64,000 nt of DNA from Octopus vulgaris (Eukaryota): the NCBI GenBank assembly GCA_951406725.2, contig OX597818.1:45632001-45696000 (forward strand). The letters run 5' to 3'. Under the pieces are notes generated by a model. The model was not told the origin of the DNA. It was given only the letters and a program-made list of their open reading frames with translations, and did not search any database. Both the position numbers and the translations under genes were made by a program. This document shows, one piece after another, positions 59,940 to 64,000 of this stretch. Position 1 is the stretch's first letter. Every line of letters begins with the position of its first letter.

Positions 59940-61516
59940 GTGTTATATATGTAATTATTGAATTATCTAAATTTTCAATAAATCTACCATTCCTTCCTAC
60001 TTTTGTAAATGAAATAAAATCCCGATATTATTTAACGACGATGGCTAACATTATGGTGTTTTTTGGTAAATATACCAGTAATAATCTGATTCATTCAGCA
60101 AACCTTATGATGTATTAATCCCAATTAGTATATATCAGGGTTAATACTTCAAAATAAAGAAATAAAATGGAAATTCTATTCATTAGCATCCGACAAAAAA
60201 CTCAGTATTTACCAATTTACTGTTGTCATTCAATTTAACTTGAAGTATATTGGATCTCAGAAATGTTCCACTTTTGGATCAACTTTAAGCACTCAGTATA
60301 CGTAACAAAAGCGACATAGCACTCTGATAAAGCATTTCCGTCCGTGGTGAGTTGTGTCGGATCTCCTGACACGGGAATCATGTCTGTGAATCGAAGATGC
60401 GTGAGAAATTCACTGTAGATTTTGATTTCCCATTTTCTAACGTAGTTTTTAAAATACTTTTAAGTAGCTTGGGAATAGCTTAGGGGGAATAGAATCGCCC
60501 TGTCTGACACCCTTTGCGGATAGAAATTTCGTCGAACCTTTTTAAATACACGTTTTCATGGTTTTCAATATTGCCATTTTAATTTATTTTTTTTAGGTTG
60601 GATGTGGAATACGTATTTTATCGTTTTATTTATTATATATATCGTTATATATAATATAATGAAATTATTGTATACAGTGCTCAGGTGCACCACAACATAT
60701 ATACGGATGTAAAAAAAACATTTCTGTGCATTATGGCATCAATAAATATGGATAATTAGCTGGTGTTAATGACAACAGAATTTCATATAACTGCTGTATA
60801 TTTAGTCACTTAGCCTTGCAGAAATATCAATAGTTAATACAAAATCACGAACTAAAAATATTATGCCGATAAATTGATAAAAAAAAAGAAAAGAAACAGC
60901 CTGAACCCATTGTTCTAATTGAATGCTTACAATATTCTCAAATTAGTATTCTATTTCTAACTTTACATTAACAATACTATGTCTAAATTTGTCTTGTCTT
61001 GTTAAGGTAACTACGTATTGTTATTTACAAGGAAATTATTTCATGCGAACATCATTTCGCATAGTAAATATTGTTTTACTGTGTTCATTTCAGCCTTGTT
61101 ACAGAAAAATATTATAATATAGCATAGTTTCTCTTTATTTATTTTTTTCCTAATCGATTTTATGGCAAAAAGAAAAATACGAAGCGCTTGGAATAAGATA
61201 GATTCTATCGAAAACAATAAAGCTTTCTCAGAGGAATTCATAAAGGTAGAAATAGTTAGATCCCAGAGAAGAAACCTGGCAAGCATTGTCTAGTGATGGC
61301 GAGAAAGTGCGTTTCCTCGTTAATTCCATGCTTAGTCACAGGTTTGTGGGGGTTTTTTATCTTAAAATAGAGTCGAAGAAATCATACCTATAAAATTATT
61401 AAAAGGTGCTGGTGTGGCTATGAGGTAAGAAGTTTGCATCTCAACCACATGTTACCGTGGGCAAGCGTCTTCTTCTATGTCCCCGGGCCGACCAAAGCCT
61501 TGTGAGTTGATTTGGT

Positions 61517-61967
61517 CATCAAAGGCCAACTAAGATGGAGCGGCCACGTGGATAGAATGACTGACGAACGACTTCCCAAACAGATCTTCTACTCCCAACT
61601 CAAAGACGGCAAGCGTACAAAAGGAGGCCAGAAGAAACGCTACAAGGACTCCCTGAAATCGAACCTCAAAAAGTGTGACATTGACTTCACCAACTGGGAG
61701 GAAACGGCAAAAAACAGACCACTCTGGAAAACCACCATCCATGAGGGAACGGCGAATTGCGAGTCGAAAAGGTCTGCAGAGCTGGAGGAGAAAAGACAAC
61801 GACGGAAGGAGCGCCAACAACAACCACGTGCAACTCTCCCTTCCGGCACTAGATGTCCGCACTGTGACCGATCTTTTCGAGCAAGAATTGGTCTTATCAG
61901 TCACCTGCGGACTCACCAATAAATTTGCACGAAGACCATCATCCTCGATCTTGAGGGATTGCCATAG
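61517..61967 (+). mobile_element. RTE/BovB-like LINE 3' end inserted in a SINE
   Basis: QLRWSGHVDRMTDERLPKQIFYSQL...GGQKKRYKDSLK...CPHCDRSFRARIGLISHLRTH; imperfect TSD AGTTGATTTGGT / AGTAGATCTGGT. Confidence 0.9.
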
Positions 61968-62789
61968 TAGTAGATCTGGTTGGCGGAAACTGAAAGAGGA
62001 TTGTCGTATGTATGTGTGTTACTGACTCTGTGTCTTGGTAGTTATAAACGAGTGTCACCGTTGTGCAAGTGATTTCTTTTGCTTCCATTCTTCTGGACAT
62101 GAGGAAAACATTACTTTGCTTGAAAACAAGCGTAAATTAACGGCAGCAAGAGCATCTGGCCGTACATAGAAAAGCCGCCCTCGACAAATTCTGTCTAAGC
62201 CATGCAAGCATGGGCGATAAAACGATGATGATGAATTGGAAAGACAACTTTACAACTAGTCTTCCCAGATTCTACAGTAAACACATCCCAATCCATCTTC
62301 CCTCATTGCAACTCTCAGGAATTTCCTCCTGTTGATGTTCAAGGTGACCATCAACTGCATTTGTCTGCACCCTCCTCACTTATAAAACTAAAAAAGCAAT
62401 TTACAATATTAAAATTGATAATACAACCAAGTGACAGTTTGCCAGAATTGTTAGAGAAGTTATAAACCTTTACATTCTAAATTCAAATCCCTTCAGTTAA
62501 AAATACTTGGAGTGATTTATAATACATCTTAGATGTGAATGAAATTATAATATATACATGCATATATATGTGTATGTGTATACTGCATACCTCACTCACC
62601 TTCGCTCCAGGACGTAGAGTCTTAGCTGTTTCAGCCTTTCCCAGTAGCTGAGCAGTTGCAAAGAGATGATCTTCGCTGGATTGCTTCAAGGTCTGCTGTT
62701 AATTTTACACTGTTGGGTGACGATAGCTGGGAGCACTAATCCAGGTGGCTGAGGATGAATGTCCTTTATAGGACCATCATGGTTTCTTT

Positions 62790-63330
62790 ATCTCTGGTTC
62801 TGAATGTTCTCGGGATCCAGCCAGCCTGTACTTTGTTGCCATCCTGGTAATGTGCACTTGGAAAGAGTGCACTAAGGTCGATACCCAGGTCCCTCATTGA
62901 TTTATGCTCTGGGATTGAAATTTACTGTAGACCAATGTACCCTGTAAGTTTCATATTCAGTTTTGGACACTTGTAGTGCATGGCTTGGACATTTTCAGCA
63001 TTAAACTGCATATTATTATCCTGAGCCCATCTCTAAATTGAGTCCAACTCCTGCTGCAGTTGTGCAATATCACTGGGGCTTTGTATTTTCTGCAAGACTT
63101 TCATATCATCTGTGTAGCTAGCAAGGCAGTTGAGGCCATATTTGAGAGGCCACTATTGAAAGCAGTGGTCCCGAGACTGCCCTGTGGAACACCGCTCACT
63201 ATTTGTGTTTTCATTGAGGTGGCTCTATTGGCCACTACTGCTTCACTTCTGTCTTTCTGAAAGTCATGTAACCACTCTCCAAGTTTTCCAGCTATGCCAA
63301 GTTCACACAGTTTGTGGCATATCATATGGA
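62790..63330 (-). mobile_element. CR1/L2-like LINE reverse transcriptase fragment
   Basis: GIAGKLGEWLHDF..DRSEAVVAN....IVSGVPQGS and downstream WAQDNNMQFNAE, RDLGIDLS. Confidence 0.8.
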
Positions 63331-63481
63331 TATATCTAGCCAAGGAAGAAGCAGAAAAGAGGTTTGCCTATGTTCAGTGATGTGAGGACCAAAGACTTGA
63401 AATGTTTCAGACTGCAAAACAGTGTGTGAGAAAAAATTGTGATGTCATAGGAGAGAAATGTGTCCGCATCTAATGCCAGTG

Positions 63482-63990
63482 GAGTAAGCTAGAGGTAGTA
63501 GATAGCTTCCATTATCTAGGTGACCAAGTTAGTAGCAGAGATGGATGCTCTAAGAGCATAGCTCTGAGAATAAGATTAGGCTGGGCAAAGTTCCGAGAGC
63601 TCCTACCTCTGCTGACAACAAAGGGCCTCTCCCTTAGAGTGAAAGGCAGATTATATGATGCCTGTGTGTGAACAGCTATGCTACACAGCAGGGAAACCTG
63701 GGCTGTGACAGCTGAGGACATGCATAGGCTTAAAAAAAATGAAGCCAGTATGCTTCAACTGGATGTGCAATATCAGTGTGCATGTTTGACAGTGTAAGCA
63801 TCTTGAGAGAAAAGTTGGGCATAAGAGGCATCAGATGTGTTGTGCAAGAGAGACAACTGTGCTGGTATGGTTATTTGATGCATATGGACGAGGACAGCTG
63901 TGGAAGGAACCTGTGGTAGAGGTAGAGCCAGGAAGACCTGGGACGAGGTGGTGAAGCATGATCTTCAAAATTTGGGCCTCACAAAGGAAA
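63482..63990 (+). mobile_element. RTE LINE fragment (same family), frameshifted
   Basis: Colinear with about 48600-49130 (GAGGTAGTAGATAGCTTCC...GGTGAAGCATGATCTTC). Confidence 0.85.
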
Positions 63991-64000
63991 AGTTATTCAT

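Overview
AT-rich, microsatellite- and repeat-dense animal genomic DNA. The SINE/LINE repertoire suggests an octopus or other cephalopod (inference, not database-checked). One conserved gene can be reconstructed completely by hand: NUBP2/Cfd1 (cytosolic Fe-S scaffold P-loop NTPase), minus strand, 8 coding exons from ATG 52958 to TGA 27448, all GT-AG and phase-consistent, 267 aa. Head-to-head with it, 236 bp away, is a candidate orphan single-pass membrane protein gene (53195-53516 + 54887-55008, 147 aa). The rest is mostly mobile DNA: Penelope-like elements (RT + GIY-YIG), R4/Dong-, CRE-, RTE- and CR1/L2-type LINE fragments, mariner, pogo and Chapaev-like transposase relics, non-autonomous Helitrons, several MITEs and at least four tRNA-derived SINE families. 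The main hidden signal is RNA structure that the ORF track does not show. At least 11 minimal type I hammerhead-ribozyme motifs from about 8 different short repeat families are present, several in units with terminal direct repeats (Penelope pLTR / retrozyme-like). Five keep the full CUGANGA-GAAA-UH core. One lies on the sense strand of NUBP2 intron 1 and has an inverted partial copy upstream that could pair with it. An exact 5' half of tRNA-Ala(AGC) abuts another hammerhead element. All structures were paired by eye; no folding software or database searches were run.
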